From contig JAKBSJ010000002.1 in assembly GCA_021844945.1 (NCBI GenBank), positions 294,965-358,964 on the forward strand: a stretch of DNA of 64,000 nucleotides. Direction: 5' to 3'. Below the pieces are notes generated by a model that did no database searches, was not told where the DNA came from, and saw only the letters and a list, made by a program, of their open reading frames with translations. The position numbers and the translations under genes are program-made. The stretch comes from Thermoplasmata archaeon. Its GTDB lineage: Archaea; Thermoplasmatota; Thermoplasmata; Lutacidiplasmatales; UBA184. Positions 9,016 to 16,507 of this stretch are shown in pieces (the stretch's first letter is position 1; each line of letters opens with the position of its first letter).

Positions 9016-9055
9016 CCCTCGTTCCCCCCGTCCGCCCCATTTCAGCGGGGCCGCC

Positions 9056-10588
9056 CTACCTAAGGGTTTCCTTCCAGCGGCGCTTTCCCTGCGGGTCCCG
9101 GCCTTTGGGTCGCGTCAGCGTGACGATCGACTCGCGCAGAAGGAACTGCCGACGTTGGCCGGAACGGCGGGTACGGGCGACATCCACGCTCTCGATCCGG
9201 TACCCGAGGCTTCGTCCGATGCGAGCGGTCAGCAGGTCGCCCGGGACGTAGGTACCGGCCAGTAACGAATCGCCGACCACGAGCACGAACCGACCTCCCG
9301 GGCGCAGCGCTCGGTATACGCTCCGTAGTACATCGGCCAGATCGCGGAAGTACCGGTGGACCACCCCGTGCATGTCGTTGCGACGGTAGGTGCCCTTGCG
9401 CGCGACGTTCTCACGGATCCGGGGAAGGATCTCCTCCAACCAGGGATCCGGGGTCCGGTCCGTGCCCAGGTAATCGCGCGTCGCTGTGCGCGGGAGGTTG
9501 TCGCAGGCGAGCTCCGCGATCCTCAGGGCCGATAGTTCCGGGTAGGAATTCACGTAGCCAAGCCAGGCAAGATCGAGCTTGTAGTTCATCACATAGTCGA
9601 GACCGTTGACGTACGGTGGACTGGTGATCGCGAGGTCCACGCTCTGGGCGGGAAGGTCGATCGTCCGGGAATCGCCCGAGCGGACTTCCGCTGGCGGACC
9701 CCACGGCTCGGAGGACCGCGCCCGTGCGCGCAGGTCCTCGACCATGGTCCGGATCACGTTCTCGTACTGGACGAACGGGAGCGGGCGCTCTCGATCGACG
9801 GGGTCGTAGCCAAGGCAGGGACTCCGTCGTAGGCGGCTTACCGGAACGAGGGTCGCGGCGAAGGCGAGACGAAGGGCGTCGGTGACGCCTCGGGCGTCCG
9901 CGGCCGGAAGGACGGAGCGGATCCGACGAAGTTGGGCCAGCGCCTCGGGCGAGAACTGGCGCCGCGTCTCCCGAAGGAACGGCAGCGCGGCCATCGGCGC
10001 GGGTCGCGCCGTGCGAAGGAGCACCGTCGCGGCGCGTTCCAGATCCCCCGGTGCGAGGTCGATGTCCGTCTTGACCCGCGCCGCGAGAGCCGCCGGGGCC
10101 ATCAGCTCGTAGCCGATCGCGCGTGCGCCGATCCGCTGGGCTTCGATCAGGCTCGTCCCGCTTCCGGCGAAGGGATCGAGGACCGTCGAACCGCGACGCA
10201 TGCCCTCGGAATGGAGCAGGTTCGAAACAAACTCCGCGGAGTACCCCTGGACGTAGGGCCACCAACGATGGAAGGGCAGCCCTTCGTTCGAGCGGAAAGT
10301 GATTGGGCCGCGGTACGATCCCAACGGAACCCCTTCCTCGAGGGCGAAGCGCTCGGCGTAGACTGCCGGTTCGGTGAAGTCCTCCCGCAGCTCGAGCCGA
10401 TCGAAGTCCAGGAGGACCCAGAGCCCCCGACCCATGCGGACGACCTCGCCGCTGCTCGCGAGGCCGCGCAGATCGGAATCTACGCTCGCGACGCCGACGC
10501 CCAGACGACGAGCGATCTGCCGCACGGTCGCTCCGAGCGCCCCGGACTCCGCCAATGCCGTGCGCACGTCGGCGCTCGCTACCGCCAC
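9056..10588 (-). CDS. orphan amino-methyltransferase (N6-A/N4-C DNA MTase-like) with N-terminal winged-helix domain
   Basis: GTG start. wHTH-like TVRQIARRLGVGVASVDSDLRGLASSGEVVRMGRGLWVL. AdoMet motif VLDPFAGSGTSLIEAQRIG. Catalytic DLAITSPPYVNGLDY. LRPGGRFVLVVGDS. No nuclease or specificity gene is adjacent. Confidence 0.8.
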   Translation of the reverse strand: MAVASADVRTALAESGALGATVRQIARRLGVGVASVDSDLRGLASSGEVVRMGRGLWVLLDFDRLELREDFTEPAVYAERFALEEGVPLGSYRGPITFRSNEGLPFHRWWPYVQGYSAEFVSNLLHSEGMRRGSTVLDPFAGSGTSLIEAQRIGARAIGYELMAPAALAARVKTDIDLAPGDLERAATVLLRTARPAPMAALPFLRETRRQFSPEALAQLRRIRSVLPAADARGVTDALRLAFAATLVPVSRLRRSPCLGYDPVDRERPLPFVQYENVIRTMVEDLRARARSSEPWGPPAEVRSGDSRTIDLPAQSVDLAITSPPYVNGLDYVMNYKLDLAWLGYVNSYPELSALRIAELACDNLPRTATRDYLGTDRTPDPWLEEILPRIRENVARKGTYRRNDMHGVVHRYFRDLADVLRSVYRALRPGGRFVLVVGDSLLAGTYVPGDLLTARIGRSLGYRIESVDVARTRRSGQRRQFLLRESIVTLTRPKGRDPQGKRRWKETLR

Positions 10589-10612
10589 GCCGGACGCGAG
10601 AGACGGCTCACG

Positions 10613-11572
10613 CTATGGGGATATCGCCGAACGCCCTGAGGTCCGTCGGACCGGACGGGGGACTACGATTTCGGGCCCGCGGCGCCGCGTCAGGTTCCGC
10701 CGGGGCCGCAGCTCGCGGATCTCCGAGACCAGTTCCTGCCGTAACGTCTCCCGCTCCCGGTCGAATCGGGTCCGCCAAGCCGGCACCGCCCGCTCCGGGT
10801 CGAGGCGCGCGAGCTGTTCTGCGAGCACGTCCCGGTCGTGGAGCTCACCCAACCGTCGCTGGAGCCTCGCGTACCGAGGCGGGAACGTTGAGGCCCGCGC
10901 CCCCGAAAGAGCGTCTTCTAGGTCCGTAAGATAACGGAGCTGACGCACCCGGATCCTTAGCGCGTGCATCCGCTCCGGCAGCGGCGACTTCAACGCTCGA
11001 CGCCGAGCCTTGCTTGCGGCGATGGCCAACCTTCGCCGTTCTCGTTTCAGCTCCTGGGTCAGCGCGACGAGCCGCGCGACCGACCCAATCCCTCGCAACG
11101 ACGCCTCGAGCTCCTCGAAGATCCCGGCCGCCTCTTCGGCGCGTAACGCCGCCCGTAGCAGCTCCCGGCCCGTGCGAGCGCTGTCACGCAGGTGACGCCC
11201 GAATGTCGCCCACGGATCGGTCGCCTTGGCGCGGTCCGGGCCGACGAGCCCCTCCCACAGATCGAGCTCCACATCTAGGTCCCGGACCGATCCCGCGAGC
11301 CGGGTCAGATGGCGCACTCGGCCGGCGAGGATTCGAAGCTCTTCCCGCCGGGGCCGGGGGCCAGTTCTTGACCACCATCGTACGAGGATCCGAAGGCGTC
11401 GGAGGTGCCTATGCAAGTCGTGCAGGTCTTCGGTCGAGGGCTCGGGACGTCCGATCACGGTATCGGTGCGGGATCGGGTGCGTGCGATCTCCTCCCGAGC
11501 ATATCGGCCGAGGGGGGACGGGCTGTTCCGGTGGTTGCCCGGCGATTTGGAGGTCGGCTTCCGAGCGAGCAC
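10613..11572 (-). CDS. CHAD domain-containing protein (polyphosphate-associated)
   Basis: Repeated conserved-His helices: EDLHDLHRHLRRLRILVRWW, VRDLDVELDLW, RMHALRIRVRQLRYLTDL, LGELHDRDVL. Start set at in-frame GTG 11572 so that it does not overlap the divergent ppx. The ORF is open to 11710, so the start is uncertain. Confidence 0.75.
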   Translation of the reverse strand: MLARKPTSKSPGNHRNSPSPLGRYAREEIARTRSRTDTVIGRPEPSTEDLHDLHRHLRRLRILVRWWSRTGPRPRREELRILAGRVRHLTRLAGSVRDLDVELDLWEGLVGPDRAKATDPWATFGRHLRDSARTGRELLRAALRAEEAAGIFEELEASLRGIGSVARLVALTQELKRERRRLAIAASKARRRALKSPLPERMHALRIRVRQLRYLTDLEDALSGARASTFPPRYARLQRRLGELHDRDVLAEQLARLDPERAVPAWRTRFDRERETLRQELVSEIRELRPRRNLTRRRGPEIVVPRPVRRTSGRSAISP

Positions 11573-11685
11573 GGTCGTCTCCCCACGGCGTTCGTCCCCA
11601 AAGCTCCGCGGGGTTCCCGCGGTCGGAGCCGATGGTTCAAAGCCCCGGAGGAGTTGGGGGACTCGTGGCCCGATCGAGGCTCGAA

Positions 11686-13227
11686 ATGTCCGAGCGTGCA
11701 ACGGCCGCACCGCCGATACGCGAGCCGAACGCGATCGGCGTCGTCGACGTCGGATCCAACACGGCCCGTCTCGTCGTGTTCGATACGAACCCGGTCGGCG
11801 TCGTGCGCCCGGTCTTCGAGGTCAAGGAGATCCCGCGTCTCGGAGCCGGGACCGGGTCGGACGGTTCCCTCTCTCCCGAGGCGTTCGCGCGCGGGATCGA
11901 ATCCCTGGGTCGTTTCGCGCGCGCGCTGAAGGCCCTCGGGGTCCCGCGCACGCTCACCGTCACGACGAGCGCCGTCCGGGACGCCCCGAACGGCGCGGAA
12001 TTCGTTCGCACCATCGCTCGCGAGACCGGGATTCTCTTGCGCGTGCTGACCGGGGCCGAGGAAGCGCGCTACGGCTACCTCGGCGTGGCGAGCGCATGGG
12101 CACTGGGGAACGACCTGGTCATCGACTTGGGCGGAGGGTCGCTCCAGGTCGTGGAGACCCGGCTCGGCGCCCTGGCGAACTCGGTGAGCCTTCCGTTGGG
12201 TGGGCTCCGCCTGACCCAGCGCTTCGTCCGCCACGATCCGCCGAAGGAACGCGAGATTGACGACCTGCGCGAGTACGTGCGGGACGCGGTCCGCTCGGCC
12301 ATCGCAGCCTTTGGCGGGTCGAACTATCGCGTCTTCGGGATCGGGGGAACGGTGCGGGCGGTCGCGCGCGCCGCGATCGAACTACGAGAGTACCCGATTC
12401 CGCGGGTCCACGGCTACCCGATCCGAGACCACGACCTCGAAGCGCTGACCGAATTGATCTCCGAGATGCCCACGGCAAAGCGGCGCGCGATCCCGGGCAT
12501 CGGGGTGGAGCGAGCGGACGTCATGGACGCCGGCCTCATCGTCCTCTCGGAGATCCTACGCTCGTCCAAGGCCGACGAGATCGCCGTAAGCGGCACCGGG
12601 ATCCGCGAGGGCCTCGCGCTCGAGGCGATCCGGGCGGAGCTACCGGTCCCCAACGAGGTCCTCGCGATCCGCTCGACGACCGCGGCCGCCGAGCGTTTCA
12701 GTTTTTCCCGCGAGCGGGGTCGGGAGGTCGCCGAGCTCTCCGTGGGGCTATTCGACCTCTTCGCCGACGCTCACCATTGGGGCCCGAGCGAACGGCTCTC
12801 CCTGCGGGTTGCGGCGGAGATGCACGACGCCGGGGTCTCGATCGACCTGTGGCGCCACGCGCACCACTCTGCCTACCTGATCCGCAACTACCCGATCTGG
12901 GGACTCACGCACCGCGAGACCCTCCTCGCCGCCTCGATCGTCGCGCTCCACGCTGGGGACGATCTCCCGTCCGGGATGCGCAAGGGGTTCGCCCCGATCC
13001 TTCGGCCGAGCGACGGAACGACCGCACGCCAGTTGGGCACGATCCTGCAGCTGGCGGGCCTTCTCGCCCCGGCGGATCCGCGGTTCTCCCTCGCGGCGGG
13101 GGGCAAGGTCCTTGCCGTGAGCTTTTCCCGTCCCGCGGGTACGACCCTCCCTCCCAGGACCATGGAGAAGGCCCGCAAACCCATCGAACGCGAACTCGAC
13201 ATCGAGGTGAGGTTCCGGGATGGCTGA
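11686..13227 (+). CDS. ppx: exopolyphosphatase / guanosine pentaphosphate phosphohydrolase family (Ppx-GppA) with C-terminal HD-like domain
   Basis: MSERATAAPPIREPNAIGVVDVGSNTARLVVFD.. (ASKHA phosphate-1 motif), DLGGGSLQ, GIGGTVRA. The C-terminus has EMHDAGVSIDLWRHAHHSAYLI. ATG 11686 lies in the frame of ORF 11014..13227. Confidence 0.9.
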   Translation: MSERATAAPPIREPNAIGVVDVGSNTARLVVFDTNPVGVVRPVFEVKEIPRLGAGTGSDGSLSPEAFARGIESLGRFARALKALGVPRTLTVTTSAVRDAPNGAEFVRTIARETGILLRVLTGAEEARYGYLGVASAWALGNDLVIDLGGGSLQVVETRLGALANSVSLPLGGLRLTQRFVRHDPPKEREIDDLREYVRDAVRSAIAAFGGSNYRVFGIGGTVRAVARAAIELREYPIPRVHGYPIRDHDLEALTELISEMPTAKRRAIPGIGVERADVMDAGLIVLSEILRSSKADEIAVSGTGIREGLALEAIRAELPVPNEVLAIRSTTAAAERFSFSRERGREVAELSVGLFDLFADAHHWGPSERLSLRVAAEMHDAGVSIDLWRHAHHSAYLIRNYPIWGLTHRETLLAASIVALHAGDDLPSGMRKGFAPILRPSDGTTARQLGTILQLAGLLAPADPRFSLAAGGKVLAVSFSRPAGTTLPPRTMEKARKPIERELDIEVRFRDG

Positions 13228-13918
13228 CCCGGCTGCGCCGCCGCGGGGCTATCCCGGGCGCCTTATCGTCCTCGAGGGTCTGGATGGCAGCGGGAAATCG
13301 ACCCAGGCCCGCCTCCTGGGCAAGTGGCTCGCGGCCCGGGGGTATCGTGTCTTCTTGACCGAGTGGAACTCCTCCGACCTCGTCAGCGACACGATCCGTC
13401 GCGGGAAGAAGCGCGGCCTGCTGACCCCGACCACCTTCAGCCTGCTCCACGCGACCGATTTTGCCGACCGATTCGAGCGCCAGATCCTCCCACCCTTGCG
13501 GGCGGGCTACGTGGTCGTGTGCGATCGCTACTCGTTCACGGCGTTCGCCCGGGACTCGGCGCGGGGGTGCGCGCCGGCCTGGGTGCGCAACATCTACCAG
13601 TTCGCGCCGCGACCGGACCGTACCTACTACTTCCGGGTCCCGGTGGCCGTCACGTTCCGCCGGAAGCAAGCGTCCCGAATGAAGATCTCCTACTACGAGG
13701 CCGGCATGGACTTGGGGCTCGCGGACAACGTCGAGGATAGCTACAAATTGTTCCAGGCCCGGCTGAAGCAGGAGTACGACCGCATGTCCGATACCGACGG
13801 CTTCACCGTGATCGACGCGAAGGGAACGGTGGAGGAAATCCAGCAGCAACTCCGCGAGGACCTTCGGCCCGTCCTCGACGGGTTCCCCACCGGGGAGAGG
13901 CTCCAGCATGAGGGATAG
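13220..13918 (+). CDS. thymidylate-kinase-fold P-loop protein A (ppx-coupled; candidate polyP kinase/phosphotransferase subunit)
   Basis: P-loop LEGLDGSGKSTQ, LLHATDFADRFE, VVCDRYSFTAFARD. The start overlaps the ppx stop by 8 nt. It lacks the TREPGGT-type dTMP loop (has TEWNSSD instead). Confidence 0.85.
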   Translation: MADPAAPPRGYPGRLIVLEGLDGSGKSTQARLLGKWLAARGYRVFLTEWNSSDLVSDTIRRGKKRGLLTPTTFSLLHATDFADRFERQILPPLRAGYVVVCDRYSFTAFARDSARGCAPAWVRNIYQFAPRPDRTYYFRVPVAVTFRRKQASRMKISYYEAGMDLGLADNVEDSYKLFQARLKQEYDRMSDTDGFTVIDAKGTVEEIQQQLREDLRPVLDGFPTGERLQHEG

Positions 13919-14657
13919 GACGTACGGAACGCCGCTGCCCGGGATGCTGGACGAGAATCTGCCGGGGAAGCTGATCGTCATCGAGGGCGCCGACGGATCC
14001 GGACGCACGACCGAGGCCGAGCGTCTGAAAGAAGCGCTCGAGATCGAGGGGCACTCGATCGTCGATACCGGCTTGCGCCGTTCCACTCTGGTCAGCGAGC
14101 GGATCGACCTCGCGAAGCAGGGCCACACGCTCGCGGCCACGACCATGGCCCTCCTCTACGCCACCGACTTCGCCGATCAGCTCGAGAACAAGATCATCCC
14201 GGCGCTCGCGGGCGGGAGCACCGTCCTCGCGGACCGGTACATCTACACTCTGACGGCCCGCGCGGTGGTCCGCGGGGCCTCCCGGCAGTGGGCTCAGCAG
14301 CTCTACGGATTCGCCCTGCGCCCGGACCTCACGATCTTCTTGGACGCGCGTCCGGAGATCCTGATGCACCGCGCGATCTCGAAGTACGGGAGCCTGGATT
14401 ACTGGGAGTCGGGCATGGACCTGTCGATCTCACCGGATCGGTTCGAGAGCTTCCTCGAGTACCAGGCGCGCCTACGGCGCGAATTCGGCTGGATGGTGGA
14501 AGCGTACGGCTTCTCCGTGGTCGATGCGAACCGCCACCCGGATCTGGTGCACGAGGATGTCCTGAAGCGGGTGCTGCCCCTCTATGCGCCGCCGAAGCGG
14601 CGTCGATCCCTCCCTCCGCCTACGTCTCGCGCTGGGCCATCCACTGCTTCCGCGTGA
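13908..14657 (+). CDS. thymidylate-kinase-fold P-loop protein B (paralog of A; Walker-A Lys replaced by Arg)
   Basis: IEGADGSGRTTE (GR instead of GK), LLYATDFADQLE, VLADRYIYTLTARA, DYWESGMDLS. ATG 13908 overlaps the stop of protein A by 11 nt. An alternative ATG lies at 13944. Confidence 0.85.
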   Translation: MRDRTYGTPLPGMLDENLPGKLIVIEGADGSGRTTEAERLKEALEIEGHSIVDTGLRRSTLVSERIDLAKQGHTLAATTMALLYATDFADQLENKIIPALAGGSTVLADRYIYTLTARAVVRGASRQWAQQLYGFALRPDLTIFLDARPEILMHRAISKYGSLDYWESGMDLSISPDRFESFLEYQARLRREFGWMVEAYGFSVVDANRHPDLVHEDVLKRVLPLYAPPKRRRSLPPPTSRAGPSTASA

Positions 14658-15129
14658 GCAGCCACTTCAGGCGAGCCCCTCCCGGCGCGACCTTTTGCGG
14701 GAATTCGAGCGCCGCCGTCCCCGCCCGCGATAGGCGGGCCACCGGCCTCGCTTCCCCGGTCAGCGCGAGACCGAGGATCTCGGCGAGCCCGGGCTCGTGA
14801 CCGACGAGAACCCCGCACGAGGCCCCCCTCCACTCTCGGGCCACCCGGGCCAGAGCCGCCGACGGGTCGCCCTCGAGACGAAGCTCGGGCCACTCGAGAA
14901 CGCGCACCGGCGGATCGAACGCCTCGGCCCATATTTCGGCGGTGCGGGCCGCGCGACGCAACGGGCTGGTCGCGATGCGGTCGATCTCTTCGACCTCCGC
15001 GGCGAACGCTCTTGCGGCCGCCCGCGTTTCACGGACCCCGTCGGCCGACAGGGGTCGCCCGACGTCGTCCGGCCATCGGGCGGGATTGCGTGCAACGGCA
15101 GGGCCATGACGGACGAGGAAGAGCTCCAC
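14620..15129 (-). CDS. SixA-type phosphohistidine phosphatase (histidine phosphatase superfamily)
   Basis: VELFLVRHGPA (RHG motif), SPLRRAARTAE, LVGHEPGL. Start placed at in-frame GTG 15129; the ORF extends to 15249. The 3' end overlaps the convergent Tmk-fold B gene by 38 nt. Confidence 0.75.
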   Translation of the reverse strand: MELFLVRHGPAVARNPARWPDDVGRPLSADGVRETRAAARAFAAEVEEIDRIATSPLRRAARTAEIWAEAFDPPVRVLEWPELRLEGDPSAALARVAREWRGASCGVLVGHEPGLAEILGLALTGEARPVARLSRAGTAALEFPQKVAPGGARLKWLLTRKQWMAQRET

Positions 15130-15275
15130 GGTCCCCCCGTCAGGGTAAACCGGCGCATGAACGTTCGGTCGCGCGCGAGGGGACCCACCGTGGCCACCGC
15201 CGCGGTTCGTCGATGCCGGGTGAGACGGATGTTCGGGAAGGGAAGGCATAAGGCTGCGGGACCGAGTTCCGTATC

Positions 15276-15560
15276 GTGACCCCGGAGCCTCCCCTCGTGT
15301 CCGCCGCGCCGGACCTGCCTTCCACGTGTCCTCTCTGCGGAAATCCCATGGTACGCGGTTCCATGAGGCTGTTCGCGCCCCAAGGCGCGTGCGGGCTGAT
15401 CTGGCTCGACGCGGGAGAGAAGCCGACCTTTATCGCGCCCAAGGACTCGATCCTTGCCGAACGGCGGCCCTTCCGGCCCGGGGACCCGGCGGAGGTCCCG
15501 GGGTGGATCTATCGAACGTGCAAGGTGGTCGTCGGCCGATACCCCGGTCCGCCACCGTGA
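15276..15560 (+). CDS. small hypothetical protein with N-terminal CxxC knuckle
   Basis: 94-aa ORF containing STCPLCGNPMVRGSM..LIWLD..WIYRTCKVVVG. The pattern resembles small Zn-ribbon/PH-like proteins. There is no competing gene here. Confidence 0.45.
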   Translation: MTPEPPLVSAAPDLPSTCPLCGNPMVRGSMRLFAPQGACGLIWLDAGEKPTFIAPKDSILAERRPFRPGDPAEVPGWIYRTCKVVVGRYPGPPP

Positions 15561-15787
15561 ACGAACCCGGTCGAACGCTCGAACGGGTCCCCGGCCGCGC
15601 CTAACGAGAGGGTTCGGCCCGAGGAGTTCATCCTTCGCGCTACGGTCACAGGCCTCCGGGAACCGGGTTATCCCACCTCTCCGGGCGATCTCCGATGCCT
15701 CCCCGAGTCTCCCCTCCAGGTAGGCTCCGCGCCATTCCTTGAACCGAGGAAACCTAGCCTTTCGCCGGACCTTGTCGCCCCGACGAC

Positions 15788-16483
15788 CTACGCTGGAACC
15801 GGCCGGGTCCTTCGGAGTCCCGCCTCGATCGCTCCGCGAACTATGAGGAGGGCTACGACGAAGAGCGGGATCAGGAAGACCTCACCGTACGGCCAGGGCA
15901 CATGCAGAGCCTCGCCGGCCCAGAAGGTCGCGAACGAGAAGAGCAGCGAGGTCGCCCCCAGCTTGAGCCAGGGAGTCTTGATCCGGCGAATCCGTTCGTG
16001 CACGAGCGCCACGGCGATCGCGAGGCTCGCCCCCGCCGCGAGCGCTCCGGCGACGGCCGCCACCGGCTGTCCGCCCGCGGCGAGGGGCAGGAGCACCACG
16101 ACCGCCTCGGTCGTCTCGATCGCCCCGACCGTGAAACCTCCCGCAAAGTGCACGGGCGGCGCGATCTTCGGACCGGGGGTCGAGGGAGGAGCGCGCGCGC
16201 GACGGTAGCTGCGCAGCGTGCTCCGGAACAGGAAGATCCCGAAGGCGAAGAGAACGATCGCCGAGGCGCCGAGGAGCTCGCTCGACGGAAGGGTCACGAG
16301 AGCGCTGCCCGCCCCAATTGCGATAGCGGCGACGACGGCGCTACCCACCGCGGCGCCGACCGCCGCGTAGCGGAGCGCTCCGCGCTCCGCACCCAGTGCG
16401 TAGATGAGAATGACGACCTCGGAGTACTCGATCAGCGTGACGAGGAACGCGAGGATCAACGCGCCGACCGAGAACGCCGTCAT
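15788..16483 (-). CDS. polytopic membrane protein with internal two-fold repeat
   Basis: About 6 hydrophobic segments. The two halves each begin with an acidic TM motif (LVTLIEYSEVVILIYALGA / TVGAIETTEAVVVLLPLAA). Family not confidently recognised. Confidence 0.7.
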   Translation of the reverse strand: MTAFSVGALILAFLVTLIEYSEVVILIYALGAERGALRYAAVGAAVGSAVVAAIAIGAGSALVTLPSSELLGASAIVLFAFGIFLFRSTLRSYRRARAPPSTPGPKIAPPVHFAGGFTVGAIETTEAVVVLLPLAAGGQPVAAVAGALAAGASLAIAVALVHERIRRIKTPWLKLGATSLLFSFATFWAGEALHVPWPYGEVFLIPLFVVALLIVRGAIEAGLRRTRPVPA

Positions 16484-16507
16484 GCGGTGGGCATCCCGCG
16501 AAGGATT

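Noticed and set aside
12905-14146. 413-aa minus-strand ORF across ppx and the Tmk-fold genes
   Set aside because: It is antisense to three genes that have clear P-loop and ASKHA motifs. No motifs of its own, and it is Arg/Pro-rich.
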